Assembly (NCBI GenBank): GCA_965216425.1
Contig: CBDCFV010000006.1
Location: 857,070-921,069 of the forward strand
DNA: 64,000 bases
Reading direction: 5' to 3'
Source: Dehalococcoidia bacterium
Lineage (GTDB): Bacteria > Chloroflexota > Dehalococcoidia > Lucifugimonadales > UBA3495
Every line of letters starts with the position of its first letter. The first letter of the stretch is position 1. Positions 63,245 to 64,000 of the stretch are shown one piece after another. A program made the position numbers and the translations under genes. The notes below the pieces were generated by a model that saw nothing but the letters and a program-made list of their open reading frames with translations, did not search any database and was not told where the DNA came from.

Positions 63245-63435
63245 TCCATTTGTTGATTATATAGTCCAAACTCTTTGTCGCACCCAGCTTGGCCGACAGA
63301 CATACCAACGTGTTCTTCAACCTGCTGCATCAACATCCACCTTGGCCTTGCCCAATAATCCCGCCCCCCTGCGGAAGGCCTCTGACAAGAGAGCGTAACC
63401 AAGGAGGGGGTACGGCGATCCGGAGCATATCCCGG

Positions 63436-63837
63436 TTATTTGCTGAAATCGGACAGCGCGTCTGCCTGAGCAGCGTAAGTCGGTATAATCTTGTCGAAGC
63501 CGCTGATCTGGAACACCTCGCTAATGGGGCCCGGAAGCGAGCATACTCCAAATTTCGCTGACTTGCCCTGCAGCCGTTTGGCCACCAGCAATATAACCCT
63601 GAGACCTGCGCTACTGATGTAGGACAGATCCTCCAAGTCCAGGACCATGCCGCTGTCATTGCCGTCCAGGATGTTTTCCAAGGCGCCCTGGAGTTGGCTG
63701 GCGTTGCTGCCGTCGACCCGGCCTGCAGTCTTAATGACCACAGCTCCGCCTATCTGTTCACCATGTATGGTCAAATCCTTGATATCGGCCACTGTCCAAG
63801 TAGTGGGCTCTTCGCCTTCCCTGTTGTTAGCTACCAT
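63436..63837 (-). CDS. STAS-domain anti-sigma-factor antagonist (RsbV/SpoIIAA-like)
   Basis: VLDLEDLSYISSAGLRVILLVAKRL contains the conserved phosphorylatable Ser context. Start at internal ATG 63837. Confidence 0.8.
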   Translation of the reverse strand: MVANNREGEEPTTWTVADIKDLTIHGEQIGGAVVIKTAGRVDGSNASQLQGALENILDGNDSGMVLDLEDLSYISSAGLRVILLVAKRLQGKSAKFGVCSLPGPISEVFQISGFDKIIPTYAAQADALSDFSK

Positions 63838-64000
63838 TAGGACCTGCTCCTTTACGATGGCTCTCCTGTATTCTACTTGCCTGCAATCGGCGCGCCCCGC
63901 ACCCCATAGCATAAGCAAGTATGATCGGCCTTCACGTTCTCTTCAGCGCTTAAGGCCGAATTCAGTGATATTACTGGCATGAAAAGTCGTGACAATCCCC

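Noticed and set aside
63245-63435. Internal promoter (GGACTATATAATC on the minus strand) between the STAS gene and the REC-PP2C gene.
   Set aside because: There is a TATAAT hexamer but no acceptable -35 at 16-18 nt. It was left unannotated because it rests on a single hexamer.

Overview
This is a high-GC bacterial chromosomal segment, roughly 58-62% GC in hand-counted coding lines. It is densely coded on both strands. Gene content is reminiscent of Chloroflexota/SAR202-type genomes: SUF with SufU, an AddAB-type helicase-nuclease pair, several family III CoA-transferases, and binding proteins with EKEV-repeat linkers. That attribution is inference only.

Order of content:
- 1-275: truncated DUF1800 gene.
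- 861-10310: hopanoid biosynthesis cluster. It holds a polyprenyl synthase, hpnH, hpnG, hpnA, shc, a YjbQ-family gene coupled to shc, one squalene/phytoene-synthase-family gene, a second epimerase and an IUNH nucleoside hydrolase.
- 10307-12936, minus strand: aldo/keto reductase, DUF1802 and TatD.
- 13483-20043: sufBCDS-sufU operon with a candidate operator. A MazEF-like toxin-antitoxin pair sits precisely between sufB and sufC, and there is a second tandem SufU paralog.
- 20105-25471: DinB, then a double-hotdog hydratase, two CaiB/BaiF CoA-transferases and a nitroreductase.
- 25587-27487: TrmH-family methyltransferase, tRNA-Gly(GCC) and mutM.
- 27665-39860: accessory-looking stretch. It holds two tandem PaREP1/HEPN-like paralogs, a DedA-GT4 pair, a VOC protein, a compositionally mosaic McrBC system, a two-component system, and a repeat-rich about 2.9 kb zone. 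That zone contains a decayed toxin with an intact antitoxin and a small-molecule-type SAM methyltransferase.
- 39953-46552: AddB-like/AddA-like helicase-nuclease pair.
- 46549-57948: SDR-type threonine dehydrogenase, amt, a YgjP-type metallopeptidase, SulP, and a peptide-type ABC binding protein with two permeases but no ATPase.
- 58058-63837, minus strand: translationally coupled signalling operon of STAS, REC-PP2C, an RsbW-like kinase, a LivK-type binding protein and a HAMP histidine kinase.

Several dispersed intergenic repeat families recur across the window. The main one is a 25-bp palindromic element found only in divergent promoter regions.

The most interesting candidates are the TA module embedded in suf, the tandem HEPN-like pair, the mosaic McrBC, the repeat families, the non-canonical hopanoid accessory genes and the sigma-less partner-switching operon. 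No CRISPR array, rRNA, integrase or transposase was seen.
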